From contig MU053810.1 in NCBI GenBank assembly GCA_013239625.1, forward strand, positions 124,001 to 188,000: a stretch of DNA of 64,000 nucleotides, given 5' to 3'. Shown piece after piece: positions 14,501 through 27,693 of this stretch. The DNA is from Lama guanicoe (taxonomy: Eukaryota). Under the pieces are notes generated by a model. That model had not been told where the DNA came from and searched no databases. It saw only the letters and a list, made by a program, of their open reading frames with translations. The position numbers were made by a program, and so were the translations under genes. How positions within the stretch are numbered: the first letter of the stretch is position 1; the number at the start of each line of letters is the position of its first letter.

Positions 14501-15996
14501 TACATTTCAGCTGCTATAAACCTCGGGGTCGCAGTGCCATCCCTTGTGGTTCCCTCACACCCCACCCTTGTACACAGTCCCTTGTCCAGCTCTCATTCTA
14601 AAGTTAAAGAAACTAACAAGCAGCCAAGTCAGGATGCGAGCCTTATCTGTCTGATTCCAGGTCTGTGTTCTTACCTGTTCCACTTGTTCACTAAAGAGAA
14701 GGTGGCTTGAGAACTGAGCCGTATGTTTCAGTCTCAGCTTTGAATTCTCTCTGTGGGCCATTTTGTTTGCCCACCGGCCCCTTTATCTGCAAGTAGAACT
14801 CGGTGATTGGACCCTACTTCCCCAACCCCGTTTCCCACACTCTGGGTCTAGTTGCTAAGATGCTTAGGGTTGGTTCACTGCACAATGAAACCAAGTTTTG
14901 CTTCTGGACCAAGGTAAACGTATTCACTTTACCTGGGCTACCCTCCCCTGGCCCCTGCGATCAACTCTGGCAGACCCTTGGAGACCGGCTGTGGTGTTAC
15001 TAGGAAGATGCAGCCCCTCCTGCCAGGCAGGGTGGGGGTCCTGCTCTGCCCCCCAGGCAGTGGACAGAGCTGTGCAGTGACACTCCCTACACCGCAGGCT
15101 GCCCTGACCTGTCCACAAGCTCCTTCAGGCAGGACCATGTCTTATGTCTTATTTTCGTCTTTGGATTTTCAGTGCCCAGCCCAGGGTTTAACCATGCTGG
15201 ATGCTGGGTAAGTGTCTGGATCAATGTATATGCTCTTGAAGAAGAGGCTTCTTCATTGACTGCTGAGCACCCCCGGCTGGGCTCTGAAACAGAGCTAAGG
15301 ATCCAGGATGCCCCAGCCCAGGGAGCCCTCCAGCCCCCACCTGCCATGACTCCTCCCTCCTGCTCATCACCCCTCCCAGGAGGTGGTGAAAAAAAAAAAA
15401 GCAATGTTCTGTGTACATTTGACAGACATTCCAGATAACCCAGTGCGCAAGGTCGGGTGCTGGGAGCAACCTGGCCTGTCTCTGTACAGAGAATGCAGTG
15501 GGCTCCCTGAAATGCCACTTTGGTCTTGTGGACAAGTTTCATAGAGGACAAGGTTTTCCACGAAGAGGGCTTTTAACATAAACAAATGTGAAAATTGGCA
15601 ATGGCCAACCGTGCCTGAGTCAGCAGTGCCTGCTTTTTCCTGGAAACTGAAATGCTGTCATCCATCAGAGCTCCTGCTGAGAAGCCCTGGGACTGTGCCG
15701 TGGTCATTATGCTCCAGGAAGTGACAGTCTCCCTCCTTGTTTGCCTCTGGTCGTGTATTTGCGTCCCTACAAAAATGGGTGCCCACTGAAAAGATTTCCA
15801 AGTAAAGATTAGTTGTTACCTCTTCCCCCTTTTATGTTAACCTTATTGCTATAATTCACCTCAACCTTCTACGTTCTTGTATATTTCTTTGACCCGTGAA
15901 TTACAGGTTTGAGGTTCTATTTTTCCTCATAGCTTTTGGTACCAGAGGGAGACCCAGAGCGGACAGGAGGGAGCTGGTATCAGAAGTAGTGGTAGG

Positions 15997-16836
15997 CAAT
16001 GAGATGTCACCTCACATCTGGTAGGAGAGCTATTATCAAAAAACAAAAGTTCACAAGAGTTTAGATGTGGAGAAGATGGAACGCTTTTATGTTGGTGGGA
16101 ACGCAACATGGTGCAGCCACAATGGAAACAGTATGGAGGTTCCTCCCAAAATTAAAAATGGAACTGCCACATGATCCAGGAATGCCTCTGTGGGACACAG
16201 TTCCAAAGGAAATGAAATCAGGACCTTGAAGAGATACACATGCTCCTGGGTTCACTGCGGCATTATTCACAATGGCCAAGATGTGAAAACAATGTGTGTC
16301 CGTTGACTGATACTTGCACAAAGGAATTATGCTGTATTTATACAATGAAATATTACTCAGCCTTAAAAAGGAAACCCTGCTATTTGCAACAACATGGATG
16401 AACCTGGAGGAGATTATGAAGTAAAATCAGCCAGACACAGAAAGGAAAAAAATACCTGATCTCAGTTATATGTGGACTCTAAAAAAGGTCAAATACATAG
16501 AAACAGGGAGCAGAACTGTGGTTACCAGGGGTGGGGAGGCCAGGGAACTGGGGAGGTGCTGGTCAAAGTGCAACAAGGTGTCGTTATGAAGGATATGAAT
16601 AAGTCAAGAGATCCAATGCACACATAACAAGTGACTATGGTTAATAATATTGGATTTAATACTGGAAATTTGCTAAGAAAGTAGATTTCAGGTATTCTCG
16701 TCATAAAAAATAGTAACCATGTAAGGAGAATACATGTAAATTAGCTTGAGCACAGTCATCATTTCACTGTGTAGATGGAGATCAAAGCATCATACTGTGC
16801 CTCTTAAATACACAGGGCTTTTATTTTTTTAAAAAA
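15997..16836 (+). mobile_element. Old L1 (L1MA-like) ORF2 3' end and 3' UTR, degenerate
   Basis: Typical L1 3' motifs: ggtgcagccacaatggaaacagtatggagg, tattactcagccttaaaaagg, atttgcaacaacatggatgaacctggagg, gctaagaaagtagattt. Confidence 0.85.
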
Positions 16837-16894
16837 TGGTGGTTGAGAAAGTACCAGCTGTGTTTGAACACGAAGCAGTGAATGACTTTAAAAA

Positions 16895-17140
16895 AAGGTG
16901 TCATTGTGCTAAGAAAACTTAACATGAGATCTAACTTCTTAACAAACTTTAAGTGTGACTACAGTATTGTTGCTTATGTACACAATGTGGTCAAGCAGAT
17001 CTCAAGAGCTTACCTATCTTACATAACTGAAACTTTACACCTGCTGTAACTCCCTACTTCCCTCTCTCTGCAGCCCTGGGCAACCACCACTTTACTCTCT
17101 GGTTCTAAGAATCTGACTATTTTAGAGACTTCTGGTATGT
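16895..17140 (-). mobile_element. Old L1 (L1MA-like) 3' UTR fragment, tail-to-tail with the preceding element
   Basis: Antisense L1 3' motifs: acttaacatgagatcta, cataactgaaactttacac, cagccctgggcaaccaccactttactctct. Confidence 0.75.
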
Positions 17141-17705
17141 GAAATGTGACTCTAAATGCCCGCAGATGGGCGCTGAGCTCGCCAGTCCACCGCACTACTC
17201 CCTAGTGCCTTATACCCAGCAGGTCACCCATTTACATCATCTGCTGCCTGGCCCTCCACAGCCTACGTTTGTGACTCTGAGTCAAGGGCCAAGGATGGAG
17301 GTCTGGAGAGGACAATTTTTTTTTGTCTTATACAAATGACTTGTTTAGATTTACTAAAGTATTTATTACTTCACATTCTTTTCAAGCCTTCGTACACTCA
17401 GTACTTTCATCTGAGAATCACCTTCCTCCTACCTAGGGTACATTTTTCAAAATTTCCTTTGGTGAAGACTTCCCAATTGCCTGTTTGAAGTGCCTGAATT
17501 TCCCCTTACCTTTTCCCCTGGGTGTAGAATTCTAGATTGTTTTTTCCTTGTATTTACATTCCAATGTCTTCTGGGTGTGACACCACTGAAGGTAAATCTC
17601 TCTTCCCTCTCTAGATAATTTTAAGATCTTTGTCTTTGATGTTCTGCTGCTTCACTGTAACAAAGCTAAGTGAGAATTTCCTTTTATTTAACCAGCTTGT
17701 GATTC

Positions 17706-18444
17706 TTTTTTTTAAAAACATTTTTTATTGATTTATAATAATTTCACAATGTTGTGTCAAATTCCAGTGTAGAGCACAATTTTGCAGTTATACATGAACA
17801 TATATATATTCATTGTCACATTTTTTTCTCTGTGAGCTACCATAAGATCTTGTATATATTTCCCTGTGCTATACAGTATAATCTTGTTTATCTGTTCTAC
17901 ATTTTGAAATCCCAGTCTATCCCTTCCCAACCCCTGCCCCCTTGGCAACCACAAGTTTGTCTTCTATGTCTATGAGTCTATTTCTCTTTTATATTTATGC
18001 TTTGTGTTTTTGTTTTTTTTTTTAATTCCACATATGCGTGATCTCATATGGTATTTTTCTTTCTCTTTCTGGCTTACTTCACTTAGAATGACATTCTCCA
18101 GGAGCATCCATGTTGCTGCAAATGGCATTACGTTGTCAGTTTTTATGGCTGAGTAGTATTCCATTGTATAAATGTACCACAGCTTCTTTCTCCAGTCATC
18201 TGTTGATGGACATTTAGGCTGTTTCCATGTCTTGGTTATTGTAAATAGTGCTGCTATGAACATTGGGGTGCAGGTGTCATTTTGAAGTAGGGTTCCTTCT
18301 GGATATATGCCCAGGAGTGGGATTCCTGGGTCATATGGTAAGTCTATTCCTAGTCTTTTGAGGAATCTCCACACTGTTTTCCACAGTGGCTGCACCAAAC
18401 TGCATTCCCACCAGCAGTGTAGGAGGGTTCCCTTTTCTCCACAG
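17706..18444 (-). mobile_element. Young 5'-truncated L1 (ORF2 C-terminus, 3' UTR, A-tail); part of a larger insertion 17321-18444
   Basis: Uninterrupted ORF2 C-terminal translation ([12 protein letters not shown]...[10 protein letters not shown]...YHMRSRICGI). AATAAA at 17729-17724; A-tail at 17713-17706. Confidence 0.95.
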
Positions 18445-18559
18445 TGGAGAGGACAGTTTTTAAGGAGAGGAGGGGACATTCAGCACTATGTTTGGTGCTG
18501 CTGGCTACAAGAGCTACGAGACCTGTGGGCCAGATCCCATAGCCCAGATGCCCAAGGCA

Positions 18560-18612
18560 GTGTGTGTGTGTGTCTGTGTGTGTGTGTGCACGCACGTGTG
18601 TGCACATGTGTG
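18560..18612. repeat. Imperfect (TG)n microsatellite
   Basis: Seen directly: gtgtgtgtgtgtgtctgtgtgtgtgtgtgcacgcacgtgtgtgcacatgtgtg. Confidence 0.8.
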
Positions 18613-18727
18613 CGATTTCCTCCTTGGCAACTGCTACAGGAACTCAGAAGAGGGTGAGAATCCTGACTGGAGTGATCAGGGAAGGCTCCTGGGAAGAGGT
18701 GTGACCTGTGCCATCTGCATCTGTAAT

Positions 18728-18850
18728 TCTGGGCTGGTGCTCATCAGAGCCACCTGGGACTCTGGTCAAAACTGAAGATGCCCTGTATCTTCCCCAAACC
18801 CAGTGCACCTGAATCTTTAAGGGCAGGCCCAAGTATCTTTATTTTTGTTC
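18728..18850. mobile_element. hAT-Charlie MER5-like fragment
   Basis: catcagagccacctggga...ctgaatctttaagggcaggcccaagtatctttattttt resembles MER5 consensus. Confidence 0.5.
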
Positions 18851-21800
18851 TTTACAAAATTATAAAGGTACTTTAGGTTCAGAGTTAAAGAGATCAAGTA
18901 CAGAAGAGTAAAGGGAATGTTTCCTCCCCGACCCTCATTCCCACTCCTGTTAACACTTTCCTGGGAATGCTTTTCAGAAACTTTCTTGGCATCTACAAGC
19001 ATGCACGTATGTGTGTGTATGGGGAACCAGAATTCAAATTACCTGGAAGTTTAGCCTGGACGGACCAGCTGCATAGGAACAGCTGGTTTGTTTCTTTGCG
19101 CGTGCTCGCAAGCCCCCGGCGTGAACAAAGAGGATCCCCGCTTTCAGGGGAATATGCTTGATTTTTCCCTCTGAGGTTTCCATCGAGTACCAGCTGGTTG
19201 CCCCTTCTCGCCTTGTGACTCAGGAGGAGCTGCAGCTGCCCGGCTCTCCTGAGCCACATCTGGCTTCCCTGAGCACAGGCCCCTCAGGTTCCGCACTGAG
19301 GACAGAGGATGAAGAACTGCCATGAGGCAGTCCTCTGGCTGTCCCTAAATGCTGATCGGGTATTGGCTGTGTCCCAGGCCTGGGGATACAGCATTGAATG
19401 AATCATCAGGGTCCTACTCTTCATATTCTATTTGGGGGAAGAGGGGGACAGACACTCAACATGAAATTTGCAAATAAACAGGAAAGCTAAGCAGCAAAAG
19501 TAATGGGTGGGGAGCTAGCTGGTCCCAGGAAGTCACAGCATCTCAACCTCAATCAAGCCTTCCTTTCCATGTACTGATCCCTGTGCCTGAAGTGCTCTTC
19601 TCCTCGAGGACAACTGGACTGGCTCCTCCTTACTCCCAAAGCTCGTGTGTGTGGCCCCTGGCTCCGTGATGTCTTTCCTGACCCCACCCAGCCAGGGCAG
19701 GCACCCCCACCGCGTGCTCCCCCAGCTTCCCAGGCATGGCCATCACGGCGCCCATGCTGGTGGATGTCTATGGCCCAGCCCATGTCACCTCCTGTTAGAC
19801 TCTGAGCTCCCCTCTGAGGGAGGAGGCCGTGGCTCATTGAGTTTTGCAATCCCAGTACCCAGCCCACGTGCTCAGCAAAAGTCTGCCGGATGAATGAGTC
19901 CATAAATGCTTCAGTGTGTCAAAGATGGCGGCCCCCACCCCACTCAACCCCTCTCTGAATAGTTTCTACTCTTCACACTCCACTGTAATCCTCTCTCTTT
20001 CTTGGGCCCTCTCAAGAAATTGAAGAACTATTATTTCACGGTTATTCTGTTTATCTTCCGCCTTGATTATGAATTCCTTGAGGAGAAAGACTATGTCATA
20101 CATTGTATTTCTTTTGTATCTCCCATTGGCACTCAACAGTATTCAATCACTCTGTGTTGGTTGACTGCTCTTTAATAAACGGTAAATCCTTCCGTGAAAC
20201 ATGCTTGTATGTGTGTGCGTGCACTGCAGCACATGCTGAAGTTGACTTAAGGTGCAGGGTTGAACGCCCTGAAATGGTGTTTACTCTGGAAAAAGTAATT
20301 CAGCTAAACTTCCCGAAGTGTTAAAATTTGTCAGCTACTTTTGCAGCGAAGTCTCCTAAGGGCCAACAGCATCCATGGTAAGTGACAGCCATCAAGGCGG
20401 ACGGGGGTGAGCACAGCACATCTTCAGCACATCCTCTCGGGGCTCATGTTTGCTCTGTGGCTGATGGTTTCCTCCAGGGATGCAGCTCCCCCTGCTCTGG
20501 ATTCCCTCCAACCAGTCAGTGCTCACGTGACCACACAACCCAGCAATCACACCCCCTGTTCCCAGCCTGAATCCTCAAGCCAGGCACTAAAGAAGGGCTT
20601 TGTGTGGCACGGGGATTCACACAGAATCCCAGAGTTTTATTTTGGGGTCCAGAAGTCATCATCTGTCCTACCCCTTATATAGGAGACCGACAAAGCGGGT
20701 CCCAAAGAGATGAAGAGGTGGCCTTGGGGCCACAGCCAGTGGCAGACCTGGGCATCTCTCAGCTCAACGCTCTGGCCTAGAAAACCAAGGCCAGTTCAGT
20801 CCAGTTCTACAGACATTAACGGAGCACTAAGGTTTATCAAATGCTGCCCACCCAGCAGTGAGGAAGACAGCCTCTGTTCAGAGTCCAGCCGGGTACAGAA
20901 AAAGGACAAGGGGAATGCTGATTTTCCTACAGAAGAGAAACTAACTGGGTTGCATGTGTCCCGTTACAGCTGTGAGCGCCATCCAGCACCTGCGGAGCGG
21001 TCACTGCGTGCCAGGCCAGGCCACACAGCTTCCATGTATTCCCTCATTTAATGCAGAAAGCAAGTATTTCAGTCCCCCCTTTCTGGACGAGGAAATGCAC
21101 GAGAGATTAGCAGCAACTTGCTCACACCGACAGGGCAGAACAGAATCTTAATTAATTCATCCAACTCCAGAGCCAAGTCAGGTCAACCTTTAGGCCCGAC
21201 AGTAGGTATGTCAGTTCAAAGATGGGGAGATGCCACATGTGTGCTCTTCCTAAACCTGCCCTCTGAAGTCAGGGTGCCGTGTTTTTTTTTTATAGTATAT
21301 GTTTGGAAACAGAACCAGAGACAGGGTTATAAGACCTGTCAATGGAATAAAGAACAGCTCAGAGTCCTTAGAAAATCAACACCTAAGGTTCTACCCCAGC
21401 CTGCCTTCCAAAAAGACAGACGGCAGGAGGATTCCTGGGACCATCACAGCATGTTGGGAAAAGAATGCAGCCGGGTCTACACTGAACCGAACCCCAAGAT
21501 GATCACGTCCTGCAGCCACCGTTCAGCGCCCTGCTCCCACACAGAGCTGCAAGGGGACGTCGAGGACAGAATAGCTTGTGTGGAACAGGGCTGGGCAGAA
21601 GTTCAGGCCTGCTGCAGTGACCCAGGGTAACTGGGAAACCGAGTAACATCCATGAGTGAAATTTCTAAGCACCTGAAATGCGCTTCTTAAGTGCTCCCAA
21701 ATATTTCAAATATTTTACACAAAAAGCATCCGAGTGCCACAGTCCACTCTGACAACCAAATAATCATCAGGAGACGGCCACCCGGAATTTGCCCTTTTAG

Positions 21801-21949
21801 TCTAATTGGATGAAGGCTCTGAAGGCGAACAGAGAGGTGATTTTTCAAGGAAAGGTGCGCGGCTATGCTCTGGGGGCTCACTGCTCTCGGAGGGGTTTCG
21901 TGGTGTGGCTTCCTCAGCCTGGGATTCAGAGAAATAAAGACACAGATTC

Positions 21950-22055
21950 AAATCCTGGCTCCAGCAAGTAATGGTTGAGTGACTTTGGGGAAATTATATA
22001 TCCTTTTCGGGTCTCAGTTTCTTTTGTGAAATGAAGGTAACAGGCCCACCTCATA
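21950..22055. repeat. MIR SINE fragment
   Basis: attcaaatcctggctcc...gtgactttggggaaatt...gtctcagtttc...tgtgaaatga core motif. Confidence 0.65.
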
Positions 22056-25000
22056 GAGAGATAGTACAACATATATAACATATGTTATAAAATAATCTAG
22101 ATTATAGAACACACGCACACAGATGGATGGAGAGAAATGATACACACGTGAGAGTGCCTGTCACAGAGCAATCATTAAATACCCACTCCCGCCCTTACCC
22201 ACCACGTCCCTTTTCCATCCCACCAACTCCATCTAACCTTTCAGGGTCCTTCCACTGAAATATGGTGCAGTGGGACACTGCTCACCATTGGGAAGAACAA
22301 GACAAGGGGGGAGAGGAGCAGAGGAGTCCTGAGGGACTCAGCCCAGGGTCCTACGTGCCAGACACAAAAACGAAGCAACATATTTAAAAATGTTGTGCCA
22401 AGTCTCAGAATCATCCATGAAGGACCACACATCCTGACCTGAACTTCTAAACTGCTACAGAGGGGAAGCAGAGGGGTGCCGCCTCCGGTCCTCATTTTGC
22501 ACACTGTTAAGGCTGTGAGGTCGGGAGGTCTGGAAATTGCTCTGCAAACTTCGTTTTTGTGTATTTCCAAGCATTTAGCCAAGGAGACCTCAATTCTAGG
22601 AGTAGCTCAAGCTCTCCTGAGAACACCTGGTCGGAGCCGCATCTGTGAAGGAGGAATATTTGCATGCACGTAGACCAGGGAGAGACAACAAACCTGCACG
22701 TATACTGTAAACTCGAGAAGCCACATTGGGCCAACCCAATGGGTCTCTGAAAAACACCCGCAAAATCAATCAAATCTGGGCGTCCTTCCTCTGGAAACTG
22801 GAGTCTGTTGGATAATGCAACAGCCACTCCAATCTGCCCCTCCATCTTGGCTGTAGCTGAGTATTCAACAAGTGTTTACTGAATGAATGTCTGGGACCCA
22901 CACTGAGGAATCTGAGTTGTTTTCATCTTGGTTAATAGGACAGGTTTTTTAAAATAAAATAAAGCCAAGTTTTTTAAGGTGACAGATTCCTTGAACTTCA
23001 CTGCAAGGCTCACTTACGAAAAAAATAGGTTTCAGCTTCTCATTCAGATTTATAGACCAGTATGAACAATGAAACCTGAATGATGACAAAAATGTAATGC
23101 AATTATTCCAGCAACTCTGTCTTTGATGATGTGCAAGCCAGAGCTTTCTCCTTGCAAACTGGGAAGAGACAAGGGAAGGTTCACACGTTAGAACCATGTG
23201 CAGGCTGACCGCAGCAAAGCACTGTGGGTAAAATGCAATGGATAAATGTCCCATGTCACACTTGGGATTTGCATAATACCTTGAAAGCTGAGAGTGAGGA
23301 AGCAGGACAGGGAAAGCTCTAGAGGAGGAAGGAAAGGGATATTGGAGGGAAGAAAGGAAGTGCATCCCTTAGAACGTTTGTACACAACAGGAAGCCGTGC
23401 AGGGAGAGGAAGAAAACCAAACACTTCCGCCAGCACGAGAGGTTAGCAGCATACTCCACTTGGAGTAAAGAGTTTAAAGAAATTCCGTACACAGTAAAGG
23501 GTGGGCCGGGGATAACATTGTCCAAAGCTGTTGTACTGCGATCTACTGATCCACTTTCAAGTGTCTAACTTTTTGATTCTTGCATCAGTCAAATGGACAG
23601 CGCCTCCAGGAAGTCTGCAGGATTAGTCCAGAGGCCTGGGGCCTCCTCCCTTAGGTGCAACATCTCTCAAGGAAGGTCAGGCAAAAGTACTTCCAACTTA
23701 GCCCATGCTGACTAGATGGAGGGCTCGGCCAGGGAGGAGGAGGAGGAGTGAGGAGAGCTTCCAACAGCCAGGAATGTTGTGTTAGGAGAAACATGGCGAA
23801 ACTTTCAGCAGCTAAAATTAGTTCTCACAAGTGATGGATTTTATAGTGAAGCACTGAGGGGTGCAGACATCCAGTCTGGAGGTGATTAACACAAGTGTTA
23901 ACTGATGATTCTGAACCCTGGGCGGATTTCCAACTCCACTTTTGCATCTAGACGTTGCTTTCTTGGCTGTGGGGTTCTTGTTCCCTCCCTCCCTCCCTCC
24001 TCTGTCCCCTAACCTCCCCAGATTCCTTCTCTCTCTCACGTGCTGCTCGGTAAGCGGCTATGAACCCGTGCAGACTAACAGCCACACTGGGGAAATGCCC
24101 TTGTACCTCCATCCCGTTGGCCTTTGACTGCACTTCTCGCTTGTCCCCTGGCCTCTGTCAGCCTTCTCACAATGCACGTCTGAGGACAACTAGAAATTGT
24201 TTTCATCCTCTGAGGTGCACAGACAACGATTTCCAGTCATCCTTGGAAACGCACTGTGAGAGCCTGGCAAGGTGGCCGGAAGCCCGCTTCCTAGGGGCCT
24301 CGGCTGTGGTCCAGCCCTGGTGCAGCTATGCTGGTGCCGCGTCCCTCCTTCCGAACCACCTCCATGAGTACTTCCCGACTTGCTGGTGTGAGCTGGTACC
24401 TCTCCCATTCTCACCCCCATCTCTGCTCCTCTCGGTCGCAAACGCTGCTCAGACTCAGTGGTCTGAACTCCCAACTCTTGTCATTAGAGCTTTTGGTCCT
24501 TTCACCTCTCCTCGCCCTGCCTCCCTCCAGCCTCTGTGCTGCTGTGCTGCATCCAGATGGCCAAGCTTTTAAACATCAGAAGGGCCTCTTTTGGTTCTTT
24601 CACTTGCTGGGTGTGCTGCCAGGTGAATTAAACATCCTGGTAATTCAGCAATTCTGGTTTCCCCATCACCAAGTGTTGGGTATCAGAAGTTCAAAGCTGA
24701 ATCAAATCTTCCGAATTATGTTTTCAAAATTACGTCTGAAGCCGAATGGTACCTATTTTATCAAACACAGCGAGCACGTCATACCCTTAGATAATTGGGT
24801 CTTGCAGGATAAACTGTCAATCTCTCCTGCCTGACAGCCCTGCCGACATCTGAAGGCAGTCCTTCCGAGCCCAGATCACTGCACGCCGCTCTTACGGAGC
24901 CTTCCTCCTGGCCTGGGAAGGGTTCACATCCCCCCCGCCGGGAGCAACCCCAGCTCTTGCCTCCTATCTCGATGACAGCAAGACCGGGCAGTAAGTTATG

Positions 25001-27596
25001 TGTTTACTGTCTGTCGCCTCCAGCAGACAGTAATCGCCTCCCTGGCCGGGGTGGTAATGAATCCGTCTCAGCCACCCCATCATATTGCCTGACACATATT
25101 AGACGCAATAAATGTTACTTAAGTGAATGAATGTCAACCCCTGCCTTCCCTTCTCCAGGCTTCATATCCCGAAGCATTTAGCTGCTACTTAAGTGACAGT
25201 CTCCAGGAGAAGATGCTTATATGAAATAAGAAAGCAGAGGAAGTAAAGTGTTTTCTCCATTTGGCCCAAAGCCACACGGTTTTCCGTGTGTAAAAGCGAT
25301 GTTGGAGGCACTCCATTCCTGCTTCTCCCTCTGGGCACCGTCCCAGTCAGGGCCTCTGCAGAGACAAAGGTGCAGATGTGGGTGGATCTGCCCTTCCCTG
25401 AAGTCCCTGGAGGAAGCTGCTCCCACCACCACCTAAAACACAGAATGTTTTAACCTCATTGGCGCTGCTTGTAAAACTTCCTCCCCTCACTGCTGTGCAC
25501 ATCCCTGTACCAGTTTTTTGAAACCAGAGAGTATTTTATGTTTGGCTCTTTCCTAAAGGGTTAGAGGTGAACCAGTTGTCAACAGACAGCCAAGTTTTCT
25601 CCCAAAGCAGCAAAGAGAGGATCATGGGCCCATGCACGAAGCAGAAATGAGGTCAAGCAGTCCTTGTAAACAAAAGGCACTGAGGCACCACAGGATCCAC
25701 CCAGTAGAAACTATGCGGGGTAGGGGTGAAGGATGCGTGAAGATCCTCAGAAAGGAGCCACAATGAAATGTGGTCGGTGAAGCAGAATCAGTGAACCTGG
25801 GAATTATAACCATCAGTGCTGGCTGAAACAAAAACAATGATGCTGGAGTGGCACAGGAAGAGCACGGTGGTGGCCGGTCTTCAAGGCAGGAGGAAGGAGA
25901 GGCAGGTGTAAGAACCGTCTGCACGTGGCCTCTCTGACCAGCCAGTGTGAAGAGCTGTGCCCCTTGATGGAAACGCCCTTCGGGGGGGAAGGTGACCCGG
26001 AGCCCATGACAGGCTCTATGGAGACATCCGAAGCCATCCCACTCCCCTGCTCTGGTCCCTCACTCACGGAGGAAACTGCTGTTTTGAATTTGGTTTCTCC
26101 TGGAGCATTTTCTACGGGGAGATAACTTGCTAGTCTGACGATCTGCATATTCAATGACCTCGCAGGGCGCGCATCTCATGATGACTTAGTAAATGCGCAC
26201 TCCAGTTGTGTGTGTGTTCTTTAATCTCTTTTGAGTCTGGCAAGTGTGAATCAGTTCACTGGGATTATCTGAACAAGATGAAGCAACAGATCTAATTTTG
26301 TTTCTCAATGTCTAAAGCCAGAGGCCAGACCGTGGGCCGTGGCCTCAAAGAGGCACTGTCCCACTCTGCACAGCTTATGAAAATAAGAAGATGACTTCTG
26401 CCTGCTGACAACGCCACATAATTATTCTTATTAGGGTTGCCATCCCTCATACCGAGTAGTAACCCCATCATAGTACCCCAGGCGTGGCTGCCTCACTGGG
26501 GCTCCGTGATGACACTACACTCTCTCCAGCTGAAACCTGGGTTCACGCCGTCTTCCTGGGACATATGTATCCACAGAAGACAGCTGCCAGTGGTTGAAGT
26601 AATGGTGACTGCTGTGGTGAGGACACCCTTTGTCTCAGAAAACGGACAGAAGTATGCAGATTAGACATTCCTGATTCCACTCTTCCAAAGCTAATTACGC
26701 TGTGTCTACTGGGTCAACTTATGTGACATCGTTTTAAAAGCTGAACAGCACAGGAGGCCAGTCACAAAGTAAGGGGATCAGTGTAAGTATTTGCCTGGGG
26801 TGTCTTCTAGGCAGAGAGGTCAGAGGGCATGGCATGGGTAAGTGCCCTCACCACCCGTGGCAAGTCCACCCTAACCATCCAGCCTGCCCTAACACCCTCT
26901 TCTCTGTAAGATCTTTCTTTGTTTTTCGGTCTGCAAACATTCACTGTGTTTCTCTCCACAACATGTTGTATCCCTGGGCATAATTTAGGCAAGTGATCAT
27001 TAAAGAATCTCCTTGAAGTTGCGAGTAGAAAGGCAGCCTACCGGATCACAAAATCCAGTTCGGTTCACATGGCGCTGCTCCTCATCTTGATGAGGCAAAT
27101 GTATTTCTTGACTGAGTCAACCTCATCAGACTAGACACCAACACACTCATCACAGTGTCCAGCCCACTCCATCCTCATTCCTTCCCAGTAGCTTAAGCTG
27201 CAGGCAAAGATGTTTTTTGCCAGTCCTGATCCCCAAAGGAAGAGTCCTGGCAGGGTAAGGGCCCGTCAAAGTGTTTTTAAAAAATGAGCATCCTTGACAG
27301 GAAAAAATATTTCTCCTTCCAAGTGATGGATAACAGAAATGAGTGTGGAGATCAAAAGAGAACCAATTCATCAAGGATCTGCACTGACAAAATGAAGAAT
27401 GTCTGCATGGCATGCGGAGAGGGGAAAATGTGGTGCCTGCCACGGCTACTGTTGCTGTAATCTGATACCTCAGCGTGACAGGTTTATCAAAGGAAGATAA
27501 TCAGGCTGCACTCCAAACAATGACAGAGGCTAACAGCTTTCCCATTATAGGTGACACGAGGAACGAGGGGCTCTGCCCTGGTCTCCGTGGGACAGC

Positions 27597-27693
27597 TGGA
27601 CTTCCAGCCTCCAGAACTGTGAGAAATAAATGTCAGCTGGCTAAGCCACCAGGCCATGGTATTGCGTTAGAGCAGCATGAGCTGACTAAGGCA
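27597..27693 (+). mobile_element. MLT1 (MaLR) LTR 3' fragment
   Basis: ggacttccagcctccagaactgtgagaaataaat...taagccacc...gctgactaaggca. Confidence 0.75.

Noticed and set aside
17970..18479. 169-aa ORF as a separate gene
   Set aside because: It is the L1 ORF2 C-terminus. Its start lies in flanking DNA outside the element, and its K-rich end is read-through into the L1 UTR.
26140..26275. ATGATGA...CTGA (C/D-box snoRNA-like) within a small CpG/TGCGCA motif cluster
   Set aside because: It is on the strand opposite the host gene and has no convincing terminal stem. The motif cluster alone is too weak to call an enhancer.
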